From: Candidatus Latescibacterota bacterium
GTDB lineage: Bacteria; Latescibacterota; UBA2968; GCA-2709665
Assembly (NCBI GenBank): GCA_965208835.1
Contig: OZ242358.1
Location: 288,001 to 352,000 of the forward strand
DNA length: 64,000 nucleotides
Direction of reading: 5' to 3'
The translations under genes and the position numbers were made by a program. Under the pieces are notes generated by a model. It worked only from the letters and a program-made list of their open reading frames with translations. It did not search any database and was not told where the DNA came from. Of this stretch, positions 41,599 through 50,416 are shown piece after piece. The stretch's first letter is position 1. Each line of letters begins with the position of its first letter.

Positions 41599-44178
41599 CG
41601 TCGAGCAGGAAATCCGTAATTGGCTTCATCAGCAACAGGATTGGATTCAGGAAGCAGTTGAGAAACTGCTAGCGTCAGGTAGTTTGGAGGATAACGACAT
41701 CCAGGCCATCTCGGATCGTCTTAAGACCCCAGATGGGCAGCAGATAACGACTCACCGCAACTTCGAGGGTATTGGAAATTCCTCCTCATCCACAACCGAC
41801 GTTCACCTCCTTTCAATTGGTGATATCTGCGGAATCGAAAATCTATGTCCGCATCGTCCCCTTACGTTCGGAACCGGAAATCTCGCCGTGATCTACGGAC
41901 CCAACGGTTCGGGAAAATCCGGTTACACGCGCATCCTCAATAGAGTGTGCGGGAAACCGCGTGCGAAGGAGATCAAGCCCAACGTATTCGATAGTCGCCC
42001 TGCGAATCAGCAGTGTCGGATACGTTACGCAATAGGGGAAGAATACCAATCAGTTATTTGGCGACCGAGCGACATTGCGTTAGAGGACCTAAGAGCTGTC
42101 GATATATTTGACGCTGATGCTGCCGCTTTCTACATCAGCGAGGAAAAAGCGGTCTCCTACATGCCTCAGGCGGTAACGATGTTTGAGGCGCTAGCAAGTG
42201 TTTGCGACAGGGTCAAAGAGAAACTCCAATTCGAAAAGAGTCGATTGGTCAGCCAGCTGCCTAATCTGCCGCCAGAATATAGGTCGACTCCTCCTGGTAA
42301 AACATATACCCAGTTGAAACACGACCTCACCGAGCAACAGATCCAGTGTTTGACCAAATGGGGAGACGATAACGAAGAGAAACTTGGAAAATTGACAGAA
42401 CGCCTTAGTGCGGACGACCCGGTAAAGCTGGCGAAGATTAAGCGCAGCACGATAAGCCAACTCGAACAATTAGAATCTCAGTTGACGAACGCGGCGGAAG
42501 CCACAGGCAAGCAACAGGTGGAGGCCCTTCGGACAGCTCGAGAAAACGCAAGTCAGAAACGCAAGATTGCCGAAGAGGCAACCAACTTAAGTAAGCCAAG
42601 CTAGGCGGTATCGGCACCGAAACATGGAACGCTCTATGGGAGGCAGCGCGTGATTATTCGCAAATTGCCTATCCAGGACGAGACTATCCCGTTACAGAGG
42701 ACGACGCGAGGTGCGTCTTGTGCCATCAGAAATTGGCTCACGAGGCACGGAAACGTCTGCAGGAATTCGAAACTTTTGTCCAGGATGTAGTTGAAACTGA
42801 AGCCAAGTCGGCTGAAAACACCTACCGTGAAACGCTGGCAAAACTACCGACCAAATGGGATGACGCGGAGATCCGAACTAGATGTGAAGCTGCCGGGTTG
42901 ACGGAGGGTTGTTGGATCGACAAGCTTAGATCCTTTTGGGACAGAGTGGACGAAACGTGTAAGGATCTCTTGAACGGTGAAAACGATTCAAGAGCTGTCG
43001 CCATAGAACGACCCGATGATCTCTTGTTCGAGATGGCAAAACGTTCCGAATTACTGGAACGGGATGCACTGCAGCTTGATGAGGATGCGGAGAATTTCGA
43101 TCGAGAACAGGCACGCCAAGACAAGCTGAGTTTAGAGGCTTTGCGTTGGACGGCACAGCAAGCGACTGCAATTCACCTCGAGATCGTTCGACTAAAGAAA
43201 ATCGAGGATTATGACGAATGGGAACGACTGGCAAACTCACGGAGAATATCCCTAATGGCTGGACGTGTGGCTGAGAGGGTAGTCACGCAGGCGTATGTGG
43301 ATCGGTTCAATCGAGAACTCAAGCTGTTGGGCGCGTCGCGAATAAAGGTCAAACTAACCAAGACCCAGACGAGAAAAGGGCAAGCACTCCATGGGCTCCG
43401 CCTGAAGGGTGTACAACCTACGACAGAGAATGCTCCCGAAGCGGTCCTGAGCGAAGGAGAGCGTCGCGTCGTTTCTCTGGCGGCTTTTTTGGCCGATGTG
43501 GCAGAGAAGCCCCATGCGGCGCCATTCATTTTTGATGATCCGATCTCGTCGCTGGACCAAGACTTCGAGGGGCATGTGGCGACTCGTCTTGCGCAACTGG
43601 CACAAAGCCGCCAGGTACTCGTGTTCACACACCGGTTGTCTCTCTATGGTGCGATGGAGGATGCCGCAAGAAAGGTTGGTGCAGTTTGGAAAGACAGACA
43701 CCTTCAGCAGTGCTGTATTGAGTCGTTCTCAGGGTCCGCAGGACACCCGGCGGATGACGCTGTCTGGAATGTCAACACGAGGAAGGGCAACAATATCCTT
43801 TTGGAACGCCTCAAAGAGGCCAAGAAGGCCGGCGAAACGGGCGGTTCAAATGCCTACCAGATCCATGCACAGGGGATCTGCACTGATTTTCGCAAGCTTC
43901 TGGAGCGGACCGTCGAAGATGACTTATTGAATCAGGTCGTACGGCGGCACAGAAGGAGTGTAACGACGGAAAATAGATTGAATCCACTTGCAAGTATCAC
44001 ACGTGGAGACTGCGAATTTATCGACAATCTGATGACCAAGTATTCCTGCTACGAGCACAGTCAGTCGATGGAAACGCCGGCTTTCATTCCCGATGAGCCG
44101 GAACTTCGCGCTGACTTGGAGTCGCTGAAAGCATGGCGCGAAGAATTCAGGAAGCGTCCGCCGGAGTCCGGCATATGA
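41591..44178 (+). pseudogene. RloC-like SMC/ABC ATPase with zinc hook and HEPN-like tail, split by a 1-nt frameshift near 42592-42601
   Basis: Part 1 has Walker A GPNGSGKS; the alternate frame from 42595 reads AKLGGIGTETWNALWEAAR...CVLCHQ...LSEGERR...FDDPISSLD...VFTH...RKLLERTVE...KYSCYEH. Confidence 0.75.
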
Positions 44179-44526
44179 GCAACGTTGGCCGACCTGAGAT
44201 CCTCGCTCAAGTGTTTCCAATCTTGATGCCCTGCGGGACCACGCGACTGCCGTATTCTGGTTACATTGTAGCGTGTTCTGTTTCTGGCAAGATACGTAAA
44301 GGCCCGTCGTAAGAGGTTTCTCCTCTCAACTTAATGGGACACGATCCACGACTTGCGAGTTCATCAACTCAAGCGGTCGATTTTAGCGAAAAGTCACGCA
44401 AAAACCCAGATCGTGTTGAATGCTAAGCCGATCGTGACTATAATAGTGCAAATATCGTATCAATGAGATTCGCATTGGGGCGCGGAATTACAGATGATCA
44501 CCTAATCCTTAGGCCAGATAATTTAA

Positions 44527-44825
44527 GCCACAGGCGATCTGGAGAATGGTGCACCAGCACATGTTGGGTATTTCGAAGACGACACTCGTTCCAAGCGCCA
44601 GGCCCGGGAGTTTGAACCCGATGCCTTGTAGCGGATCGACTCCGCGCTCACCGTCTACTTCGATCCGGAACGGGAAGACCTATCGTCAGAACAGGTGAAG
44701 CTGTGGCGACAGGGAATCTGGAATCAGGGTTTCGTCCCTGTGCTATGAAAAGTTCCGCGACATAGGATTGATCTCCAAAACGGCTTCGGCTGTCCGAAAC
44801 GTATAGAGGATGCGGCGCCTTCTCT
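44527..44825 (+). pseudogene. Decayed N-terminal fragment of an N6-methylase/type IIG-like R-M gene
   Basis: Frame reads ATGDLENG...FEPDAL*RIDSALTVYF...WRQGIWNQGFVPVL*KVPRHRIDLQNGFGCP; stops TAG 44629 and TGA 44746 fall where Trp is expected. Confidence 0.5.
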
Positions 44826-44859
44826 TCGGCCAGGTGTGGCCCATCGAATTGTAATCGTT

Positions 44860-45342
44860 ATGGCGGTAACGTTTTTGGAACATGAGATAGAGTCGTTGAT
44901 ACAAGAGCGCAAGCAACTGCCTCAGGATTGGCGTACCCGGATTCGTCTAAAGTCCAAGCGTGGCCACGAAGAACAACACCTTGATATAGCAGGTGATGCG
45001 GGGAGCGAGTTTCGTCTGATTTTCAGGCAGAATAAGATCAATCCCCTCGACTTCTCAGTTATTCTGGCCGTTCGAGTACCGGGATCAAACCAACTCTTCC
45101 GCCTCCGGCGCTATAATGGCAAAGGCCAAGAACATTCGAACCGCATTGAAGGCGTGAAATTCTATGATTTTCACATTCATGTTGCTACGGAGAGGTATCA
45201 GGAACTCGGAACCAGGGAGGATGCGTACGCCGATCCAACCGACCGTTTCGGAGACTATCACGGTGCCCTTCGTTGTCTGATTTCCGATGTGAATCTTGTG
45301 GTGCCGCCGGACCTCCAAGTTGACCTTTTCGAGGAGGTGTAA
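44860..45342 (+). CDS. DUF6978-like hypothetical protein
   Basis: LRRYNG...HSN...FHIHVATERYQ His-rich motif; coupled to a DUF1828-like gene. Confidence 0.55.
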   Translation: MAVTFLEHEIESLIQERKQLPQDWRTRIRLKSKRGHEEQHLDIAGDAGSEFRLIFRQNKINPLDFSVILAVRVPGSNQLFRLRRYNGKGQEHSNRIEGVKFYDFHIHVATERYQELGTREDAYADPTDRFGDYHGALRCLISDVNLVVPPDLQVDLFEEV

Positions 45343-45345
45343 GCA

Positions 45346-46122
45346 ATGTCCTTTGAGACCATAGAGCGAGACTTTCACGAGAAGGTCTCGGCTCAGATTC
45401 GGATTGCGGCCGAGGGTATGGAACGCTTCCGCGTGTTTACCCCGTTCATGTTCGACGACGGCGATCATCTGGACATCGTTTTAAGGAAGGACGGTACACG
45501 TTGGGTGCTTTCCGATGAAGCGCATACGTATATGCATCTGACATACGACATCGATGAGAAGGATCTCCATGGTGGCACGCGTCAAAAAATCATCTCAAAT
45601 ACACTTTCCATGTTTCAGATCGAGGATCGCGACGGAGAGTTGATACTCGACGTGCCGGAGGAACGTTACGGTGACGCACTGTATTCGTTCGTTCAGGGGC
45701 TACTCAAGATATCTGACGTTTCGTACTTAACTCGGGCAAGGGTTAGTTCCACATTTATGGACGATTTTCGTACGGTGATGAGTAATGCCCTACCTGAAGA
45801 GCGCAGAGAGTTTGACTGGAGCGATCCTTTAAGGGATCCTCAAGGAAAGTATACGGTTGACTGTCGAGTCAACGGTATGCAGCGGCCCTTGTTCGTTCAT
45901 GCCCTTGCCAACGACGGCAGGACCCGCGACGCCACGATCTCGCTTCATCAATTCGAACGGTGGGAAATACCGTTTCGTTCACTCGCTATTTTCGAAGATC
46001 AGGAGTCCATCAGTCGTAAGGTGTTAGCCCGCTTCAGTGACGTCTGCGAGAAGCAATTCTCCAGCCTCACTGCAAATCAAGAGAGGATAACGCGCTTTCT
46101 GAGCGAGAACATATCGGGATAA
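45346..46122 (+). CDS. DUF1828/DUF1829-like protein (possible PD-(D/E)xK C-terminal domain)
   Basis: TPFMFDDGDHL...WVLSDE.HT N-terminal motif; GKYTVDC in the C-terminal half. Confidence 0.7.
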   Translation: MSFETIERDFHEKVSAQIRIAAEGMERFRVFTPFMFDDGDHLDIVLRKDGTRWVLSDEAHTYMHLTYDIDEKDLHGGTRQKIISNTLSMFQIEDRDGELILDVPEERYGDALYSFVQGLLKISDVSYLTRARVSSTFMDDFRTVMSNALPEERREFDWSDPLRDPQGKYTVDCRVNGMQRPLFVHALANDGRTRDATISLHQFERWEIPFRSLAIFEDQESISRKVLARFSDVCEKQFSSLTANQERITRFLSENISG

Positions 46123-46344
46123 ACCACGATTTAAGTAGACTTGCTTAGATCGCCTTGGCGGAGTTGTGCCGGGACAGGATCCGTTCTGTCAAAAAGGGAG
46201 TGATGCTGCAGCTTCTTCCTAGACGGATGAGCCTGATCGAACTGAGTTTTAGATGGCACAACGGGCCAACGTTAGACACACGGAACCGAGTTTCTTCAAT
46301 TACAGACCTGTGATGCCAAAACACAGATTTCAGGAGGCATTTTG

Positions 46345-47304
46345 ATGGTCAATGCCGTAAATAGCCAGCAAGAGTCAGCGCCAACGATTGTTGAGGACGA
46401 ACACTTTCCGGGGCTATATCAGAGTGCCGATCGGTCCTCGATCTCGGCACAGCGGCGCTATATTCACTTTCATCGATGGCATTTATTCTGTCTTATCTTT
46501 GGGAGCGTTAGTGTCGCCATAGCGACGAAATTTCCAGTTGCCGCCACATGGACCTACGTTCTCCTAGCGATCGTTCTGGCAATTGGCATCTTTCTTACTC
46601 TGATATCCCGGGTCCGTCGGGATAATGAAGTTTGGTTTGACTGTCGGGCGATTGCTGAGTCAACAAAGACCGCCACATGGCGATTCATGATGAAGGCTGA
46701 ACCATTCAAGGATGACAGTACGTCTGAGCAGTCATTTCTTGAGAAACTTCGGCAAATTAGAGGGGCGAGACCTTCCAGCCCGAAGGATTTAGCGCAAAAC
46801 CTCGATGCAAACGCTCAATCCGTTAGTGGTTTTATGAATGAAATTCGTCGGAAATCCGTGGAAGAACGGCGGAACCTATATCTTGAGTCGCGGCTTCGCG
46901 ATCAAAAAACCTGGTATTCAAATAAAGCCATCTTCAATTCAAGGAAGGAAAATCGTTGGTCTTGGACAGTTGTTGTGCTACAGATTTCCGCCATTGTTTT
47001 TGCGATTATTCAGGCGTGTTTGAGTGGCTTACCATTAAACGTGGTCCCATTGTTGATGACTTGCGCTGCTTCTGCGGTCGCCTGGAGCCATATGAAGCGC
47101 TACAGTGAGCTGGCTCAGTCCTATTCGCTCGCCGCCCAGGAACTCGGAGATCAGGAAACAGTCGCGTTGGATATAACGGAAGAGGCTGATTTCCTCGAAC
47201 TCGTGGAGCAGGTCGAGGAGACTATCTCTCGTGAGCACACTATGTGGTGTGTACGGCGAAATGTAATTTTCGGTCCAACCCACGCGGACGACGAAATGGC
47301 GTAA
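46345..47304 (+). CDS. Tandem SLATT (DUF4231-like) 4-TM effector
   Basis: Two TM hairpins; WFDCRAIAESTKTATWRFMM and YLESRLRDQKTWY..KA..N; LVEQVEETISREHTMW; AGGAGG RBS. Confidence 0.85.
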   Translation: MVNAVNSQQESAPTIVEDEHFPGLYQSADRSSISAQRRYIHFHRWHLFCLIFGSVSVAIATKFPVAATWTYVLLAIVLAIGIFLTLISRVRRDNEVWFDCRAIAESTKTATWRFMMKAEPFKDDSTSEQSFLEKLRQIRGARPSSPKDLAQNLDANAQSVSGFMNEIRRKSVEERRNLYLESRLRDQKTWYSNKAIFNSRKENRWSWTVVVLQISAIVFAIIQACLSGLPLNVVPLLMTCAASAVAWSHMKRYSELAQSYSLAAQELGDQETVALDITEEADFLELVEQVEETISREHTMWCVRRNVIFGPTHADDEMA

Positions 47305-47392
47305 AGTCAGTATTCTGTTCCGAAACTTACTCTTCGATGGACAGAAGTCTTACGTGGCGTTCTTCAGATTCAAGCAATCAAGGATGATTAGG

Positions 47393-48418
47393 ATGACAAT
47401 CCAACATTGCGATGGAGCCAAATACCTTAACGTCGAATCCTCTACGGCAATCGAACGAAGCCAGGAGTTATACATCGCTGAGACAACCGTTCAACTACCT
47501 TGTTTCTTTCCTTCAGTTTCGAGCGTGAAGACAAGCCTATCGCCGGTCAGTTACGCTGACTTTCTGACCGTTACTGGTCATCCACTATTTTTAGCCTCTG
47601 CATATGATTTAGCCCATTGTCCTGATGATCAGCGCCCGGGCATGGAAACTGCCCTTAATAGACGTATAGATAGCGGTGCCGTTGTACTTATTGATAGCGG
47701 AAACTACGAAAGCTATTGGAAACAAGATTCCGATTGGGGACCGGCTGATTTTCATAAGGTCGTGCAATCCTATCAACACGATCTCTGCTTCTGTTTTGAT
47801 AACCTGATGCCACCTGACTCTCCGAAATTGATCTCCGACGATGTCGTGGCAGGTGTAACAAGAGATCAGGAGAATGCACAGACAACAGTGCTTCCGATAG
47901 TCCATGGCAACGCGGAAGCACTGCCTGATGCGGCGCGATTAACAGCGGAAAAGCTCTACCCTTTATTGTTGGCTGTCGCGGAACGAGATTTGGGTGAGGG
48001 AATTCTCGATCGGGTTCGCACCGTACGGAGAATCCGAGTAGCGTTAAACGCATTAGGCTTCTATTGCCCGCTTCACCTGCTTGGAACCGGAAATCCGATT
48101 TCAATCATTGCCTATACATTGGCAGGAGCCGATAGTTTTGATGGATTGGAATGGTGTCAGGCGGTCGTTGATCACGAGAATGGCAGGCTCTTACATTTTC
48201 AGCAATGGGATTTGATCCGAAACCAAACAGAGTGGGGTCAATCTCCCGTACTACCGTACGTCCAATCTGTCTTAATGCACAATCTGGTTTTTTATCGCGA
48301 GTTCATGGTAGGGTTTCAGGAAGCACTGTATACCGGAAGAGTTGAATCGTTCGTACAAAAGTATGTAACTAAGGAACAATTGGATCTACTATTGCCTGCT
48401 ATCGAAGGAGTTCAATAG
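47393..48418 (+). CDS. tRNA-guanine transglycosylase-like protein (Cap10-like)
   Basis: FFPSVSS, DSGNYES, PIVHG, LHLLGTG, GADSFDG, HNL; start uncertain (47354-47393). Confidence 0.8.
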   Translation: MTIQHCDGAKYLNVESSTAIERSQELYIAETTVQLPCFFPSVSSVKTSLSPVSYADFLTVTGHPLFLASAYDLAHCPDDQRPGMETALNRRIDSGAVVLIDSGNYESYWKQDSDWGPADFHKVVQSYQHDLCFCFDNLMPPDSPKLISDDVVAGVTRDQENAQTTVLPIVHGNAEALPDAARLTAEKLYPLLLAVAERDLGEGILDRVRTVRRIRVALNALGFYCPLHLLGTGNPISIIAYTLAGADSFDGLEWCQAVVDHENGRLLHFQQWDLIRNQTEWGQSPVLPYVQSVLMHNLVFYREFMVGFQEALYTGRVESFVQKYVTKEQLDLLLPAIEGVQ

Positions 48419-48419
48419 C

Positions 48420-49133
48420 TTGGCGCCGAAAAATTTCACGCTACTTTCTATCGAACAAGCGATCCGCGATGTGTGCAACACATTACAAGAACGCCCGACT
48501 GTGTCCTGGAGAAACCACAGCGAAGATGAACTGTGGAGAGAGCTTGTGTCATGTATCCTGGGTAGTCGGGTAAGAGTCAAGGCTGTTAATGCTGCCATCG
48601 AACGCATGAGCAGTATGTGTCTGTTGACGCGACCCCATCCACGCGCTTGTTTTAATCAACTTGAACAGGACACTATAACAGCGCTTACGGGAGGTTATCC
48701 TTTTTTTCGTGTCCGTGCCAATCAGATTCGGCGGGCGGCAGAACACATATACACTTCCCGAGGGTCAATTCTAAACCTGCTTAATGACTTAGATGACGTT
48801 TGTATAGCTCGAAGACTGTTAGTGCGAGAGGTTCCGGGTCTGGGACCGAAACAGGCAAGTCTTTTCCTCCGCAACATATGTTTCGCAAAGTACATTGCGA
48901 TCTTGGATGTACATATACTGACTTATTTGCGGTGGATAGGCATTACAGACTCATCGCTAAAATCGATTCCGAATCTAGGCCAATACGAAGCGTTGGAAGG
49001 CGCCTTTATCGAACATGCTTGTGCATTCGGATACTCGCCTGACCGGTTCGACCTTGCAGTCTGGATTGTAATAAGGGTAGTAAAGGAGGAATCCAAAATT
49101 GCGGATCGTGACTCTTGTATCGGGTGGATTTGA
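48420..49133 (+). CDS. 8-oxoguanine glycosylase/lyase-like HhH protein (Cap11-like)
   Basis: LWRELVSCILGS, GLGPKQASLFLRN (catalytic K), AILDVH (catalytic D), FDLAVW. Confidence 0.85.
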   Translation: MAPKNFTLLSIEQAIRDVCNTLQERPTVSWRNHSEDELWRELVSCILGSRVRVKAVNAAIERMSSMCLLTRPHPRACFNQLEQDTITALTGGYPFFRVRANQIRRAAEHIYTSRGSILNLLNDLDDVCIARRLLVREVPGLGPKQASLFLRNICFAKYIAILDVHILTYLRWIGITDSSLKSIPNLGQYEALEGAFIEHACAFGYSPDRFDLAVWIVIRVVKEESKIADRDSCIGWI

Positions 49134-49695
49134 TTCAACTCTTGTGAGCGTGATGGCGAAAGAGGAGGGAGCAGAGCTGTTTCCGCTTTTTGTTGATTAC
49201 GGCCAACTTGCCGTGCGCAATGAATGGGCGGCCTGCAAGCGACTTCACTCACAATTCGGTCTACCACCTGTTACGTACATGGATTTGTCTGGGTTTGGTA
49301 AGACGATCTCGAGTGGTCTCACAGACTGTAGTTTACGTATTAATGAAGATGCTTTTTTGCCGGGTCGCAATCTCCTATTTGTCTTGGCAGGAGCGGCTCA
49401 TGCTATTGATGTTCAGGCAAATAGCATCGCGCTCGGACTACTGAATCCCGCGGATCACATTTTTCCAGACCAAACGAAACAGTTTTTGGAAGAATGTGAA
49501 AGGATGATCGAGGTTGCGATGGGGAGCCGCATTCTTGTCCTTGCGCCTTTACTCGAGTTGTCAAAGCGAGATGTCTTGCTCTTGGCTAGCAAACGAGGGA
49601 TCACACAAGCCTATTCGTGTCATGCTGGTGGTGAAGAACCTTGTGGAGTGTGTATCGCATGCATTGAGATATATAATGCGAAAAAAAGGAGGTAA
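49099..49695 (+). CDS. QueC-like 7-cyano-7-deazaguanine synthase homolog (Cap9-like)
   Basis: SGGFDS PP-loop, VDYGQ, PGRNLLF, FPDQT, SCH...PCGVCIAC Zn site; TTG start after AAGGAGG. Confidence 0.88.
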   Translation: MRIVTLVSGGFDSTLVSVMAKEEGAELFPLFVDYGQLAVRNEWAACKRLHSQFGLPPVTYMDLSGFGKTISSGLTDCSLRINEDAFLPGRNLLFVLAGAAHAIDVQANSIALGLLNPADHIFPDQTKQFLEECERMIEVAMGSRILVLAPLLELSKRDVLLLASKRGITQAYSCHAGGEEPCGVCIACIEIYNAKKRR

Positions 49696-49697
49696 TG

Positions 49698-50201
49698 ATG
49701 GGTGGCATCGGCAGTGGTAGAGGATTGGACCCAAACGAAATGGAGACACTCGAGCAGCGTGTCAGAAGGTCATTTAGGGATCGTGTCGACGAGCACAAAC
49801 GCAATGTGTTTATTAGTTTTACGTCGGATGATCTCAGTGAGGTTAACTTGCTTCGTGCTCAGGCGAGGAACCAAGACAGCAACATTAGCTTTAATGATTG
49901 GTCACTGAGAAAGCCGTTCGATAGTGAGGCAGCCGACTACATCAGGCGCGGCATCAGGGAACGTATTCGCCAATCCTCTGTGACTGTTGTTTATGTGTCT
50001 GAAAACACCGCTGATAGCAGATGGGTCAACTGGGAGATACGAGAGAGCCTTGCAATGGGGAAGGGCATCGTCGCCATGCACAAAGGAAATACACCGCCAC
50101 GAAGACTTCCTAAGGCGATAACCGAAAACAATATCAGTGTCGTACCATGGAGACAGGATCGTCTTGCAAGTATCATTGAGAGGGAATCCGAGAATCGTTA
50201 G
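49698..50201 (+). CDS. ThsB-like TIR domain protein (DUF1863) with Gly-rich N-terminus
   Basis: NVFISF, FNDWSL, YIRRGIRERIRQSSVTVV, SRWVNWEI (catalytic Glu), GKGIVA; begins MGGIGSGRG. Confidence 0.88.
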   Translation: MGGIGSGRGLDPNEMETLEQRVRRSFRDRVDEHKRNVFISFTSDDLSEVNLLRAQARNQDSNISFNDWSLRKPFDSEAADYIRRGIRERIRQSSVTVVYVSENTADSRWVNWEIRESLAMGKGIVAMHKGNTPPRRLPKAITENNISVVPWRQDRLASIIERESENR

Positions 50202-50416
50202 AAGCGCAGCTGTAAACATAGCCTCGACATTTTTCAATGGTTATTGCTGGGATCTGTCCGCAAAAAGAATAGATATTGACGTCTCGGGTCAACGATTCAC
50301 GAAGCCAACAGGCGTATATGGAGATAAAGTGAATTTGAACGAACAAGATTTCTCGCGCCTCCTGGGATTGCTAAGTTGACTTCTTACAATAAGGTACTCG
50401 CTGAGGAGGGTCCCAA

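Noticed and set aside
42575-42610. Programmed -1 ribosomal frameshift in the RloC-like gene
   Set aside because: No X XXY YYZ slippery heptamer at the junction; mutation or assembly error is simpler
46250-46285. attC-like motif (GCCAAC GTTAGAC) upstream of the SLATT gene
   Set aside because: No spaced inverted L/R boxes, no repeats between other cargo genes and no integron integrase
47393-49695. Housekeeping queuosine biosynthesis genes
   Set aside because: No queD/E/F/A nearby, the TGT lacks the Zn motif, and the context is a defence island
46345-50201. Calling the operon a canonical type IV CBASS, Dpd or QatABCD system
   Set aside because: No CD-NTase, no DpdB/C-like genes, and no TatD or QatA-like gene adjacent; the signalling gene is a TIR
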